In this document: piece after piece, positions 52,435 through 64,000 of the stretch
Position numbering within the stretch: the stretch's first letter is position 1
How the letters are laid out: each line of letters starts with the position of its first letter
Source: an uncultured Pelagibacteraceae bacterium
Lineage (GTDB): Bacteria > Pseudomonadota > Alphaproteobacteria > Pelagibacterales > AG-422-B15
Assembly: GCA_902619105.1 (NCBI GenBank)
Contig: CACNCV010000001.1
Location: 82,706 to 146,705 of the forward strand
Reading direction: 5' to 3'
Length of the DNA: 64,000 nt
Position numbers and translations under genes: made by a program
Notes under the pieces: generated by a model
Told to the model about the DNA's origin: nothing
Seen by the model: only the letters and a program-made list of their open reading frames with translations
Database searches by the model: none

Positions 52435-53826
52435 TTGGAACAATTTGATATTACAGTGATTGGCAGCGGACCTGCTGGTTACGTTTGCGCAATTAGGGCA
52501 TCACAACTTGGATACAATGTTTGTTGTATCGAAAAGGGACAAACGCTTGGCGGTACCTGCTTAAATATTGGATGTATTCCCTCAAAATCTCTATTGCATT
52601 CTTCTCATTTATTTCATCAAGCTTCAGAACTTAATCAATTAGGCATTAATTTTGATAACGTATCGTTTGATCTAAATAAAATAATGAAATCTAAAAATGA
52701 AAGCGTCGAGTCACTTACAAATGGTATCGATTTCCTTTTTAAAAAAAATAAAGTTACAAGAAAATTGGGATTTGCGAAGTTCATTGACAATGAGCAAATT
52801 GAGATTTTAAGTGGCGATAATTCCGAGGTTATTAAATCATTTAAAACAATTATTGCTACAGGTTCAGAAGTTGTTTCACCTGAGGGAGTGGTCATTGATG
52901 AAATTGATATCTTATCATCCACTGGAGCTTTAAGTTTATCGTCTGTTCCAAAGCACTTAATGGTTATTGGCGCAGGTTACATTGGTTTGGAAATGGGATC
53001 TGTTTGGTCAAGACTAGGGTCAAAGGTAACTGTTATTGAATATGCAGACCGAATACTCCCTGGAATGGACCAAGAAATTTCTGATGCTTTTCAAAAAATA
53101 CTCATTAAACAAGGATTTGATTTTAAACTTTCTACTGCTCTAAGAAAGGTAAATAAAAGCAGCGGTTCGCTTTCTGTTTCGGTTGAAAACAATGGTCAAA
53201 CTCTTGATATGGATTGTGACAAAGTTTTAATATCGACTGGTCGAAAACCTTACACTTTTGGTCTGAACTTAGAGAAGATAGGGGTAAAAACGAATGATAA
53301 AGGCTTTATTGAGACTAATCAGCATTTTAATACTTCTATTGAAAATATTTATGCAATCGGTGATTGTAAAATAGGACCAATGCTTGCCCATAAAGCTTCG
53401 GAAGAAGGAACTGCTGTAGCTGAGATTATTGACGGTCAGGCTGGACACGTTAACTATAATACAATTCCATCAGTTATTTATACTGCCCCAGAAGTTGCAT
53501 CAGTTGGAAAAACAGAGGAAGAATTAAAGAGAAACAACATCACATACAAAATAGGTAAATTTCCGTTTTCAGCAAATGGTAAAGCTAAAGTGATGAATGA
53601 AACAAGTGGGTTTGTGAAGATCTTATCTGATAAAAATACAGATGAAGTATTAGGTGTTCATATCATTGGAGCAGACGCCGGCAACCTTATTGGCGAACTC
53701 ACAATTGCAATGGAATTTGGAGCATCAGCTGAGGATATCGCAAGAACGTGTCACGCACATCCAACTCTAACAGAATCAATAAAAGAAGCTGCGTTAAACG
53801 TGGATAATCAAGCTATTCATATTTAG
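52435..53826 (+). CDS. lpdA: Dihydrolipoamide dehydrogenase E3
   Basis: GSGPAGY, GGTCLNIGCIPSK and HAHPTLTE motifs. Confidence 0.97.
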   Translation: MEQFDITVIGSGPAGYVCAIRASQLGYNVCCIEKGQTLGGTCLNIGCIPSKSLLHSSHLFHQASELNQLGINFDNVSFDLNKIMKSKNESVESLTNGIDFLFKKNKVTRKLGFAKFIDNEQIEILSGDNSEVIKSFKTIIATGSEVVSPEGVVIDEIDILSSTGALSLSSVPKHLMVIGAGYIGLEMGSVWSRLGSKVTVIEYADRILPGMDQEISDAFQKILIKQGFDFKLSTALRKVNKSSGSLSVSVENNGQTLDMDCDKVLISTGRKPYTFGLNLEKIGVKTNDKGFIETNQHFNTSIENIYAIGDCKIGPMLAHKASEEGTAVAEIIDGQAGHVNYNTIPSVIYTAPEVASVGKTEEELKRNNITYKIGKFPFSANGKAKVMNETSGFVKILSDKNTDEVLGVHIIGADAGNLIGELTIAMEFGASAEDIARTCHAHPTLTESIKEAALNVDNQAIHI

Positions 53827-54403
53827 CTTTCTTTTTTGTTATTAGTAAAGTCATCAAGTACAGCCAGACTGCTACAACTACATGATAAAAATGCCAGCTA
53901 AGATTTGGTTCAAACAGCTGAACCTGTCTAATAATAAAATTAACCAGTATTATTGAAAAAATGAAGCTTGATACGAAACGAGAAGAAATTTTTTCTCTTG
54001 GTATCAAAAAAGAAAAAATTATTCCAAGAACAAGCCACATAACAGCATACATAATGATTAAACTCTTTGCTTGAAAGAAAATATATATACTTATCAATGC
54101 CATTATCAGTGCAAAAATTAAAATTATCTTTTCATTAAGGAACTGACTTTTTTTAATGACGTCTATCGTGATGAGTGGTACTCCGAATAGAAGTGATAGA
54201 GCTGTGAACAATTGGTGTGAAGACTTCAGCTCGGTATGCATGTTCAAGCCAAACCTAAGGGTTGCTAAAAAAGCTGCGACTGCCAGTACTAAAACTCCAG
54301 CAGCAGCAAAGTTTAGCTTATGTTGCAAAAAGACTCTTATTGAGTATGCACCAGCTATTACAATCAGTATTTCAGAAAGAGCAAAATGAGCTGGAGGTGT
54401 CAT
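53813..54403 (-). CDS. Hypothetical multi-pass membrane protein
   Basis: About seven hydrophobic segments and a C-terminal WHFYH motif. Start is coupled to the upstream stop (TAATG). Confidence 0.75.
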   Translation of the reverse strand: MTPPAHFALSEILIVIAGAYSIRVFLQHKLNFAAAGVLVLAVAAFLATLRFGLNMHTELKSSHQLFTALSLLFGVPLITIDVIKKSQFLNEKIILIFALIMALISIYIFFQAKSLIIMYAVMWLVLGIIFSFLIPREKISSRFVSSFIFSIILVNFIIRQVQLFEPNLSWHFYHVVVAVWLYLMTLLITKKKAKYE

Positions 54404-55323
54404 TAATGACTTTTAACTGCCCTGTTATAGTCTTCTTTAATTTGAGTTGAAGTTTTTCGAGTTCCGTCATGCGACCATCCAGGAGGGCCGAAAAGATACA
54501 TAAATCTATCTTTAAGCGAAATACCCCGCATTGAAATGTCTTTAAATATATTTGCATATTCTTCAAATAATATCCTGAGAGGATTCAAAGATGTCATTGG
54601 AACCACCAATCCATAGTCACAAGGTTCTTTTGGATCTTCAGCAACAAATGTTCCAAACATTCTATCCCAAACCATTAGTGTTCCAGCATAATTTGCATCA
54701 AGGTATTTCGGATTTCTTGCATGATGAACTCTATGGTGTGAAGGTGTGTTAAATAAATACTCATACCAGCGTGGTAACTTATATATAGTTTGAGTGTGGC
54801 ATAAATATTGGTAGTAACCGTTTATAAACACACAGAATAAAACCATTACTGGATCAAAGCCAATGATTACAAGTGGTATTTTGAGCATTCGAGTGCCAGT
54901 GAAGTGTTTTGTAAATGGTTGTCTTGCACCCACATCAATGCCCATTCTTTCTGAAGAGTGGTGAGTTCGATGCAGCCCCCAGCCCCATCGCCATCGATGA
55001 CAAATTCTGTGATGTAAATAAAAAGTTAAATCATCAAGTATGAAGCATAAAACTAAAGCACTTAAAGTAAATGGGAATGTATAAATCTGAAATTCCTTAG
55101 CCCAAAATAGAGCTCCTAGTGTTATAAACGCAAATATCCCATTAACGGGGTAACTCAAAACTCCCATGGACATATTTAATATCCATTCTTTAAAATCATT
55201 TTTACCTTTCAATTTAAAGAAATATATAGCTAATGTTTCTATAACTGCAATTCCAATTAAAATTGGTACCAATAACCAAAAAAGCTCTAGAGCGGAATAT
55301 TGGAACAAAAAATCAACTGACAT
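54403..55323 (-). CDS. Fatty acid hydroxylase / sterol desaturase superfamily di-iron enzyme, alkylglycerol monooxygenase (AGMO)-like
   Basis: His boxes HHRICH, HRTHHSSE, QYLCHT and NTPSHHRVHH, followed by NYAGTLMVWDRMFGTF, YGL..P...NP and PPGW. Confidence 0.85.
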   Translation of the reverse strand: MSVDFLFQYSALELFWLLVPILIGIAVIETLAIYFFKLKGKNDFKEWILNMSMGVLSYPVNGIFAFITLGALFWAKEFQIYTFPFTLSALVLCFILDDLTFYLHHRICHRWRWGWGLHRTHHSSERMGIDVGARQPFTKHFTGTRMLKIPLVIIGFDPVMVLFCVFINGYYQYLCHTQTIYKLPRWYEYLFNTPSHHRVHHARNPKYLDANYAGTLMVWDRMFGTFVAEDPKEPCDYGLVVPMTSLNPLRILFEEYANIFKDISMRGISLKDRFMYLFGPPGWSHDGTRKTSTQIKEDYNRAVKSH

Positions 55324-55708
55324 TTTTAAAACTCTCTAACATGTTACCCATCATCTTGTGTATTATATTAACACCCTGGAGTGGTCTGATAAATACTTTA
55401 AATTCAGTAATAAGTCCAGCTTCATTCCATGTGATAAGGTCGATTCCATTAATATCAGTATCTTCAATAGTCAAAGTAAATTCAAGGCTTGCGTTTGTTT
55501 TTCCAATTATTTCTTTATGATATTTAAAATTCGATGCATTAAATACTTCTGATGCAGCCATTAAATATTTTAATGTGATATCTTTTCCTCGCTGAGGTGT
55601 GTACACAACTGGAGAATAAAAAATAACATGCTCATCTAATATCTCTGTCAGAGCATTATAGTCTCGAAGATTAACAACATCATGCCATCTTGATATTGGG
55701 TTTTGCAT
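55313..55708 (-). CDS. NTF2/SnoaL-like family protein
   Basis: WH.......AL...L....IFYSPVV.TP..G, LEF.......NGIDLI.W...G.I..FKVFIRPL pattern. Confidence 0.85.
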   Translation of the reverse strand: MQNPISRWHDVVNLRDYNALTEILDEHVIFYSPVVYTPQRGKDITLKYLMAASEVFNASNFKYHKEIIGKTNASLEFTLTIEDTDINGIDLITWNEAGLITEFKVFIRPLQGVNIIHKMMGNMLESFKNVS

Positions 55709-55729
55709 ATATATTAATATATAATTTAT

Positions 55730-56647
55730 TTATTTCTTAGCAAGCGGATGGGTTTTTGAATATGCTTCATATAGTCGCTCAGTCTCAACTTTGGTATATC
55801 TTTGAGTTGTGGAAAGACTGCTATGTCCCAATAATTCCTGAATTGTTCTCAAGTCTCCACCTGAGTCCAGCAAATGTGTAGCAAAACTATGTCTCAACGC
55901 ATGAGGGGTTGCAGTTTCAGGTAAAGACAAATTATATCTAATTTTTTCCAAAGTATATTGAATAATTCTCGGACTAAGACGGTTCATTCTTTTACCTAAA
56001 AAAAGTGGATCACCATTTTCAAAATCTTTTGGACACTCTTTTATATATTCCTTTATTTCGCGCTTAATAAATTCCATTATAGGCACAAGTCTTTCTTTAT
56101 TACCTTTTCCTTTAATAACCAGATATTCATTTTCATTAATATCATCATAATTTAAATTTAATGCCTCAGATATTCTCAATCCACATCCATATAAAAGCAT
56201 AAGGATTGACTTATTTCGTAATCCTACCCATTTCTCTTTTTCAATTTCTTGCGAATATTTAATAGCTTCAATTGCAAGATCAGCTGAAATTGGTCTGGGC
56301 AAAGACTTTTTTGCTTTAGGAGATTTCAAGGATTGTATCGTACTATTTTTTATTTTTTCATTCTTTACTAAGAAATTAAAAAAAGATTTTAATGATGATA
56401 TCACTCGTGCAATTGATGTAGTTCCAATGCCTTGATTTCTTAAAAAGGATAAGAAACTTCTGAAGTCAGAAATTTGCATACTATCAAGATCACTCATTGA
56501 TAAGCTACCCCCAAAATGATCCTTTGAAAAAATTATAAATTTTTCAATGTCATTTTTGTAGCTTATAAGCGTGTTGTCACTTAAGTTTCTAACTTTCTGT
56601 AAATTCTCAATCCAATCGTGAAAGCATTCTTTAACTTGATTATTCAC
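55730..56647 (-). CDS. xerC: Chromosomal tyrosine recombinase XerC
   Basis: LYGCGLRISE, GKGNKER, TPHALRHSFATHLL and LLGH.SLSTTQRY motifs; conserved position next to tal-priA. Confidence 0.9.
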   Translation of the reverse strand: MNNQVKECFHDWIENLQKVRNLSDNTLISYKNDIEKFIIFSKDHFGGSLSMSDLDSMQISDFRSFLSFLRNQGIGTTSIARVISSLKSFFNFLVKNEKIKNSTIQSLKSPKAKKSLPRPISADLAIEAIKYSQEIEKEKWVGLRNKSILMLLYGCGLRISEALNLNYDDINENEYLVIKGKGNKERLVPIMEFIKREIKEYIKECPKDFENGDPLFLGKRMNRLSPRIIQYTLEKIRYNLSLPETATPHALRHSFATHLLDSGGDLRTIQELLGHSSLSTTQRYTKVETERLYEAYSKTHPLAKK

Positions 56648-56650
56648 ACA

Positions 56651-57307
56651 CTAAAGAATTTTTTGATTTGTTTTTTTCCAATCATCAAGAAAAGCTTTTA
56701 AACCCTTATCTGTTAAGGGATGCTTATATAGCTTTTCAAGCGTTGCAGGCGGCAAGGTAACTACGTCAGCACCAATCATTCCAGACTCAATAACATGATC
56801 AACAGTTCTAACTGAAGCAACTAATATTTTTGTTTTAATATTTTTATAATTTGAATATATCGCTTTGATTTCTCTAATTAGGTTCATTCCATTTTCACCT
56901 ATATCATCTAACCGTCCAACAAATGGAGATATATATGTTGCTCCACATTTAGCAGCAATTAATGCCTGTGCAGCTGAAAAACATAGGGTTACATTGGTCT
57001 TGATCTTTTTGCTGCTTAGTATCTTACAAGCTTTAAGTCCTTCTTCTGTTAAAGGTAACTTAATAACAATATTTTTAGATATCTTTGATAGTATTTTTGC
57101 TTCCGCAATCATTCCCTTGCATTCTATGGCCGTAACTTCAGCACTAATCGGCCCTTTTATCATTTTAGAAATTTCTTTAAGTATTTTTTTAAAATCTTTT
57201 CCTGATTTGGCCACTAATGATGGATTGGTTGTAATTCCATTAATCAAGCCGGTTTCTTTAAATTTTCTAATTACTCCTACATCTGCTGTATCTAAAAAGA
57301 ATTCCAT
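56651..57307 (-). CDS. tal: Transaldolase / fructose-6-phosphate aldolase (short TalC/FSA type)
   Basis: [35 protein letters not shown] and ASVR motifs. Confidence 0.92.
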   Translation of the reverse strand: MEFFLDTADVGVIRKFKETGLINGITTNPSLVAKSGKDFKKILKEISKMIKGPISAEVTAIECKGMIAEAKILSKISKNIVIKLPLTEEGLKACKILSSKKIKTNVTLCFSAAQALIAAKCGATYISPFVGRLDDIGENGMNLIREIKAIYSNYKNIKTKILVASVRTVDHVIESGMIGADVVTLPPATLEKLYKHPLTDKGLKAFLDDWKKTNQKIL

Positions 57308-57365
57308 AACAAATAATATTTTGACTGATATATTTATATCATAGTTAGAGATTCAAACAAAATTT

Positions 57366-59360
57366 ATGAATAAAAATATTTACTATATAGATGTCTTATT
57401 AGCTCACAATGTAAGTGCAGAATTTACCTATAAACATGAAACGATTGAAAAACCTAGAGTTGGAATGATTGTTTTAGCTCCTTTGCGCTCAGGAGAAAAA
57501 ATTGGAGTTATCACCAAAGTAAACAGTGTTTTGAATGATTCAAAAATAAAGTTGAAATTTATAAAAGAAATTTCACCCGAATATAGACTGAGTCCAAAAA
57601 TGATAAAGTTTTTAAATTGGGTTAGTAATTACAATTTAATTGATAGAGGGTTAGTTCTCAAAATGATTTTGTCGCATAGTAAATTTTATTTTAAAAAGAA
57701 AAAAACAAAAGAACTCACTTTGAATATTAAAAAAAATGTTAAGACAATAAAGCTAAGTTTGGAGCAAAAAAGGGCTTCTCAAGATATACTAAAAATTTTT
57801 CAACAACGAAATTTTAAGCCTGTCCTACTTGATGGTGTCCCTGGATCAGGAAAAACAGAAGTCTATTTTGATGTTATAAAAAATTTTGTTAAAGACGGTG
57901 AACAAGTTTTAATTATGTTCCCAGAAGTTTCATTGACAGGAGATTTTGTAAATAGAATTGAAGAAAGATTGGGGTTTTCACCAGTAGTTTGGCACTCAAA
58001 GATAAGTACTGCTTATAAAACAAAAGTATTAAAGAGCATTATTGATGGCACTTCTCAAATTATTGTTGGTGCTCGTTCCTCTTTATTTCTACCATACAAA
58101 AACTTATCAATGATTGTATTAGATGAAGAACATGACAGCTCTTATAAACAAGAAGAACAAGGTATATACCACGCACGGGATATGTCAGTCGTTAAGAGTT
58201 CAATAGAAGATATTCCAATTATTTTAGCAAGTGCTACCCCATCACTCGAGACAATTTTTAATGTGACGAATAAAAAATATAATAAAGTTTCGATCAAAAA
58301 TAAGTATTTTAATCAAGAAGAAAATGAAATTTTCATAGTCAATATGAAAAAGGAAAAATTAAAAAAAGATCAATGGTTATCTGAAAGACTCATTAAAGAA
58401 ATCAGTCAGACATTGAAAAAAAAACAGCAGACATTGCTTTATATCAACAAAAGAGGATATGCACCCGTAATTATTTGTAAGTCATGTGGGCATAAAATAA
58501 CATGTAAAAACTGCTCCAGTTACTTAGTAGAACATTTAAATAATAAAAAATTACTATGTCATCACTGTGGTCATAGTATTTTAACTAAGGGCTTAGAATG
58601 TCCTTCATGTCAAAATAATGATAGCCACTTTATTGATTATGGAGCCGGCATTGAAAAAATATTTACAGAAATTTCAAAAACTTTTCCTTTGGCAAAGATA
58701 TGTCTATTCTCTAGTGATCATATAAAATCCCAAGATGAATTAGAAATTAAGGTAAAACAAATTAAAGATCATGAACATGATATTATTATTGGAACTCAAC
58801 TTATAACTAAAGGTTATCACTTTCCTAACCTTGCATGTGTTGGAATAATTGATGCGGATATGACATTGAAAGGTGGTGATCTGAGGGCTTCTGAAAAAAC
58901 TTATCAGGCCTTATATCAAGTATCCGGAAGAGCGGGACGGGCTCAAACAAAAGGAAGAGTGATTATTCAAACATATTATCCTGAAAACGAAACTATTCAG
59001 TCTCTTGCACAATTAGATCGAGATGCATTTTATGAAAATGAAATATATTATCGCAAGCTTAATAACCTTCCACCCTCAGGAAAAATGGCAGCAATAATTG
59101 TTAGTGGAAATAATATTGCCAAGGTGAGGGAGCAATGTAGTATCATGTTTGGTTCTATTCCAAATATTTCAGAACTTGAAATATATGGTCCTGCGCCAGC
59201 CCCATTATCCAAGTTAAAAGGACGCCACAGACAGAGATTTTTGATACATGACAAAAAAGCCAGAAATATGCAAAAAATAGTCAATGCTTGGCTCAAGAAT
59301 TCCAAATCATTATCGAGCGTAAACATATCTGTGGATATCGACCCATTTAGCTTTGTATAA
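57366..59360 (+). CDS. priA: Primosomal protein N' (replication restart helicase)
   Basis: GVPGSGKTEVY, DEEH, SATPS, four CxxC zinc motifs, QVSGRAGR and GPAPAP. Confidence 0.96.
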   Translation: MNKNIYYIDVLLAHNVSAEFTYKHETIEKPRVGMIVLAPLRSGEKIGVITKVNSVLNDSKIKLKFIKEISPEYRLSPKMIKFLNWVSNYNLIDRGLVLKMILSHSKFYFKKKKTKELTLNIKKNVKTIKLSLEQKRASQDILKIFQQRNFKPVLLDGVPGSGKTEVYFDVIKNFVKDGEQVLIMFPEVSLTGDFVNRIEERLGFSPVVWHSKISTAYKTKVLKSIIDGTSQIIVGARSSLFLPYKNLSMIVLDEEHDSSYKQEEQGIYHARDMSVVKSSIEDIPIILASATPSLETIFNVTNKKYNKVSIKNKYFNQEENEIFIVNMKKEKLKKDQWLSERLIKEISQTLKKKQQTLLYINKRGYAPVIICKSCGHKITCKNCSSYLVEHLNNKKLLCHHCGHSILTKGLECPSCQNNDSHFIDYGAGIEKIFTEISKTFPLAKICLFSSDHIKSQDELEIKVKQIKDHEHDIIIGTQLITKGYHFPNLACVGIIDADMTLKGGDLRASEKTYQALYQVSGRAGRAQTKGRVIIQTYYPENETIQSLAQLDRDAFYENEIYYRKLNNLPPSGKMAAIIVSGNNIAKVREQCSIMFGSIPNISELEIYGPAPAPLSKLKGRHRQRFLIHDKKARNMQKIVNAWLKNSKSLSSVNISVDIDPFSFV

Positions 59361-59444
59361 AATTCGAATTGCGACATTCCAATACTTGAAAAATATGAGA
59401 GTTAATGGTACGGAAAGAGTGAATTTTTAAGGAATTTCCACATA

Positions 59445-60005
59445 ATGGCTAACGCAAGTACAAGACAAATCGCATCAGTTGATAGATATGCTAATGCATT
59501 ATTTCAGCTGGCAAAAGAGGCCAAAGTACTCGAAACTGTTTCCAGTGAACTTTTAAATTTAAAAAAAATATTGAATGAAGATGATACTTTATTATCCATG
59601 GTTAAAAACCCTTCAATCAGCAAATCTAATAAATTCAATTTTTTTAATTCACTTTCTGAGAAAATTGAAATGTCTAAGCTGGCAAAAAATTTTATTGGAG
59701 TAATAATTAATAAAAACCGAATAAACTACTTAATGGATATAATAAATTCATTTGAAAAATTAATGTCTGGACTTAAGGGTGAGATGTCAGCAACAATTAC
59801 TTCAGCTAAAGTTCTAAAAGAAGAAGAATTAAAGCATATTAAAGATAAACTCAAAGATAAGTTTAGTTCAGAATTTAATATTAACACTATAGTTGATGAG
59901 ACTTTAATAGGGGGTCTTAAAATACAAGTTGGCAGTCAAATGATTGATAGCAGTATTAAAAATCAACTCCAAACATTAAAAGAAAAAATGAAAGAGGTCG
60001 CTTAA
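59445..60005 (+). CDS. atpH: ATP synthase F1 delta subunit
   Basis: RYANALF, VDE.LIGG..IQVGS.MID.S motifs; first gene of the atp F1 operon. Confidence 0.95.
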   Translation: MANASTRQIASVDRYANALFQLAKEAKVLETVSSELLNLKKILNEDDTLLSMVKNPSISKSNKFNFFNSLSEKIEMSKLAKNFIGVIINKNRINYLMDIINSFEKLMSGLKGEMSATITSAKVLKEEELKHIKDKLKDKFSSEFNINTIVDETLIGGLKIQVGSQMIDSSIKNQLQTLKEKMKEVA

Positions 60006-61531
60006 TGGACATACAACCATCAGAAATATCAAAAATACTCAAAGAAGAAATTAAAAATTTTGGATCTGACTCTGAAATTACAGAAGTTGGTCAAGTTCTT
60101 TCAATTGGAGATGGTATCGCAAGAATTTATGGACTTGATAATGTTCAGGCCGGTGAAATGGTAATGTTTGATGATGGTACAAGAGGAATGGCCCTTAACC
60201 TGGAGGATGATAATGTAGGTGTTGTACTATTTGGAAGTGATGCAAATATTAAAGAAGGTGATACGGTCAAAAGGACAAATTCTATTGTTGATGTTCCTGT
60301 AGGTAAGGAGTTGCTTGGAAGAGTTGTAGATGCACTTGGAAATCCAATAGATGGAAAAGGAAACATTGAGTCACAAAATAGAAGTCGTATTGAAGTTAAA
60401 GCGCCAGGTATAATACCAAGAAAATCGGTATCTGAACCAATGCAAACAGGTCTTAAAGCGATCGACAGCTTGATTCCAATTGGTAGAGGGCAACGTGAAT
60501 TAATTATTGGTGACAGGCAAACTGGAAAAACAGCAATTGCTATTGATACTATCATAAATCAAAAATCTATTAATGAATCTGGCGATGAAACTAAGAAACT
60601 TTATTGTATTTATGTAGGTATAGGTCAAAAAAGATCTTCAATTGCTCAAACAGTGAAAGCCTTAGAAGACGCTGGTGCCATGGAATATACTACAGTTGTT
60701 GCAGCAACAGCAAGTGACGCTGCTCCACTACAATTTCTTGCTCCTTATACTGGTTGTTCAATGGGTGAATATTTCCGCGATAATGGAATGCATGCTCTAA
60801 TAATTTATGATGATTTATCAAAACAAGCAGTAGCTTACAGACAAATGTCATTACTTCTTAGAAGACCTCCAGGACGTGAAGCATTCCCAGGAGATGTATT
60901 TTATCTTCACAGTAGATTACTTGAGAGAGCAGCCAAGATGAATGATGAAAATGGAGGGGGTTCATTAACAGCTTTGCCTGTGATTGAAACTCAAGCAAAT
61001 GATGTTAGTGCATTTATACCAACAAACGTTATTTCAATCACTGATGGTCAAATTTTTCTAGAAACTGAATTGTTTAACCAAGGTATCAGACCTGCAGTTA
61101 ATGTAGGTTTAAGTGTGTCCCGAGTTGGTTCTGCAGCACAAACCAAGGCGATGAAGAAGGTTGCAGGCTCGATAAAACTTGAACTAGCCCAGTACCGTGA
61201 AATGGCAGCATTTGCCCAATTTGGTTCAGACCTAGATGCCTCGACACAGAAGCTATTAAATAGAGGTTCTAAACTTACCGAACTATTAAAGCAAAACCAG
61301 TATTCACCGATGACAATTGCAGAGCAAGTTGTCTCAATTTTTACTGGTGTGAACGGTTACTTAGATGATCTGGAGTTGAATCAGATAAGGGATTTTGAAA
61401 AAGATTTATTTGAACTTATAAAATCATCTCATTCAGATATTATTGAGTCTATCAATTCATCTGGAGACTTGAACGAAGAAACTTCCAGTAAATTAACATC
61501 AATAATTGAAGAGTTTAAAAAAAATAGGTAA
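60005..61531 (+). CDS. atpA: ATP synthase F1 alpha subunit
   Basis: GDRQTGKT and [21 protein letters not shown] motifs. Confidence 0.98.
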   Translation: MDIQPSEISKILKEEIKNFGSDSEITEVGQVLSIGDGIARIYGLDNVQAGEMVMFDDGTRGMALNLEDDNVGVVLFGSDANIKEGDTVKRTNSIVDVPVGKELLGRVVDALGNPIDGKGNIESQNRSRIEVKAPGIIPRKSVSEPMQTGLKAIDSLIPIGRGQRELIIGDRQTGKTAIAIDTIINQKSINESGDETKKLYCIYVGIGQKRSSIAQTVKALEDAGAMEYTTVVAATASDAAPLQFLAPYTGCSMGEYFRDNGMHALIIYDDLSKQAVAYRQMSLLLRRPPGREAFPGDVFYLHSRLLERAAKMNDENGGGSLTALPVIETQANDVSAFIPTNVISITDGQIFLETELFNQGIRPAVNVGLSVSRVGSAAQTKAMKKVAGSIKLELAQYREMAAFAQFGSDLDASTQKLLNRGSKLTELLKQNQYSPMTIAEQVVSIFTGVNGYLDDLELNQIRDFEKDLFELIKSSHSDIIESINSSGDLNEETSSKLTSIIEEFKKNR

Positions 61532-62416
61532 ATGCCAAGTTTAGACGATCTAAAAAAACGAATTGGTAGCGTTAAGTCTACTCAAAAGATAACTAAAGCC
61601 ATGAAAATGGTTGCGGCTGCAAAATTACGGCGTGCCCAAGAATCTGCTGAGTCAAGTCGTCCTTATTCTGAGACCATGGAAGATCTTATATCATCTATAT
61701 CATCTGGGTACTCTCCAACTTCAAATGAAAGAAATTTATTAACCGGAGATAATAAGGACTCAATTCATATGTTGATTCTCTTTACATCTGAGAGAGGACT
61801 ATGTGGTGGATTTAATTCAATTGTCACTAAATCACTTCGAGATAAAGTAGCAAGTCTTGAGGAGTCAGGCAAACAAGTAAAAATTATTTGTGTCGGAAAA
61901 AAGGGTTATGACATTATTAAAAGACAGCATGAAGAAAAAATTGTCGAAGTTGTTGATATGAGATCTGTTAAGTCTGCTTCTTATCAGGATGCAAAAAATA
62001 TAGCCGACAAAATAATAAAAATGTATTTTGACGAAGAATTTGACAAATGTTCTATCTTTTATAATAAGTTTAAATCAGTAATATCACAGATTCCAACTGA
62101 ACAACAAATTGTTCCAATTGATATTCCTGAAAATGAGTCAGATACAACGAAAAATGATAATACTTTTTTTGAATTTGAACCTGGTGAGAGTGAAATACTC
62201 GATGAACTACTCCCGCTGAACTTTACAATACAAATATTTAAAGCTTTACTTGAAAGTGCAGCCAGCGAACAAGGTGCTAGAATGAGCGCTATGGATAATG
62301 CATCAAGAAATGCGTCTGATATGATTGATAATTTAACACTATTTTATAACCGTTCCAGACAAGCTGTTATTACTAAAGAGCTTATTGAGATAATTTCTGG
62401 AGCAGAAGCAGTTTAA
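61532..62416 (+). CDS. atpG: ATP synthase F1 gamma subunit
   Basis: KITKAMKMVAAAK, SERGLCG and YNRSRQA.IT.EL.EI.SGA motifs. Confidence 0.98.
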   Translation: MPSLDDLKKRIGSVKSTQKITKAMKMVAAAKLRRAQESAESSRPYSETMEDLISSISSGYSPTSNERNLLTGDNKDSIHMLILFTSERGLCGGFNSIVTKSLRDKVASLEESGKQVKIICVGKKGYDIIKRQHEEKIVEVVDMRSVKSASYQDAKNIADKIIKMYFDEEFDKCSIFYNKFKSVISQIPTEQQIVPIDIPENESDTTKNDNTFFEFEPGESEILDELLPLNFTIQIFKALLESAASEQGARMSAMDNASRNASDMIDNLTLFYNRSRQAVITKELIEIISGAEAV

Positions 62417-62420
62417 TTAA

Positions 62421-63857
<1,437 letters not shown>

Positions 63858-63862
63858 CTTGA

Positions 63863-64000
63863 ATGTCTGATCAATTTAACTTTAAATTAGTAACGCCAGA
63901 AAAAATATACCTTGAGGGTGATGCTCAAATGGTTGTCTTGCCTGGCGCGGAGGGTGATCTTGGAGTACTTCCAAACCACTCAAATATTATTACATCTCTT
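63863..64000 (+). CDS. atpC: ATP synthase F1 epsilon subunit, N-terminal part (runs off the right edge)
   Basis: MSDQFNFKLVTPEKIYLEGDAQMVVLPGAEGDLGVLPNHSNIITS; follows atpD. Confidence 0.95.
   Translation, partial: MSDQFNFKLVTPEKIYLEGDAQMVVLPGAEGDLGVLPNHSNIITSL

Noticed and set aside
55708-55723. 16-bp perfect palindrome TATATATTAATATATA between xerC and the SnoaL gene
   Set aside because: It is pure A/T and low complexity, so likely by chance in this genome. It does not match dif.
55730-56647. Tyrosine recombinase as a sign of an integrated mobile element
   Set aside because: Length, motifs and the priA-tal-xerC context indicate housekeeping XerC. I saw no att-like repeats or cargo boundaries.

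Overview
This window is a densely packed, visibly AT-rich chromosomal segment. Gene order and sequence point to a streamlined, probably marine alphaproteobacterium (inference; clade not determinable here). Most of it is core housekeeping: argG-rlmN-ialB, htpG, acnA, a single ccmABCDEFGH operon, ftsY/mtaB/dapF, ffh-rpsP-rimM-trmD-rplS-leuCDB-asd, sdhCDAB, mdh-sucCDAB-lpdA, xerC-tal-priA and atpHAGDC. I saw no rRNA, tRNA, CRISPR array or transposase. Six items stand out. (1) An in-frame fusion of a CitE/Mcl2-like CoA-ester lyase/thioesterase with a Mch-like mesaconyl-CoA hydratase (36846-38804). (2) A 1972-aa autotransporter adhesin with nine Ig-like repeats, whose barrel carries a gapless duplication of its last strands. 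(3) A 75-nt hairpin overlapping the start of an unannotated 26-30 aa hydrophobic ORF (42121-42276). (4) A coupled SnoaL / alkylglycerol-monooxygenase-like / membrane-protein cluster between lpdA and xerC. (5) A coupled reductase-reductase-AKR-PCD operon. (6) A structured ffh leader RNA. ccmD and the edge-truncated argG and atpC are missing from the ORF track and were found by hand. All family assignments come from motif recognition, not database searches.
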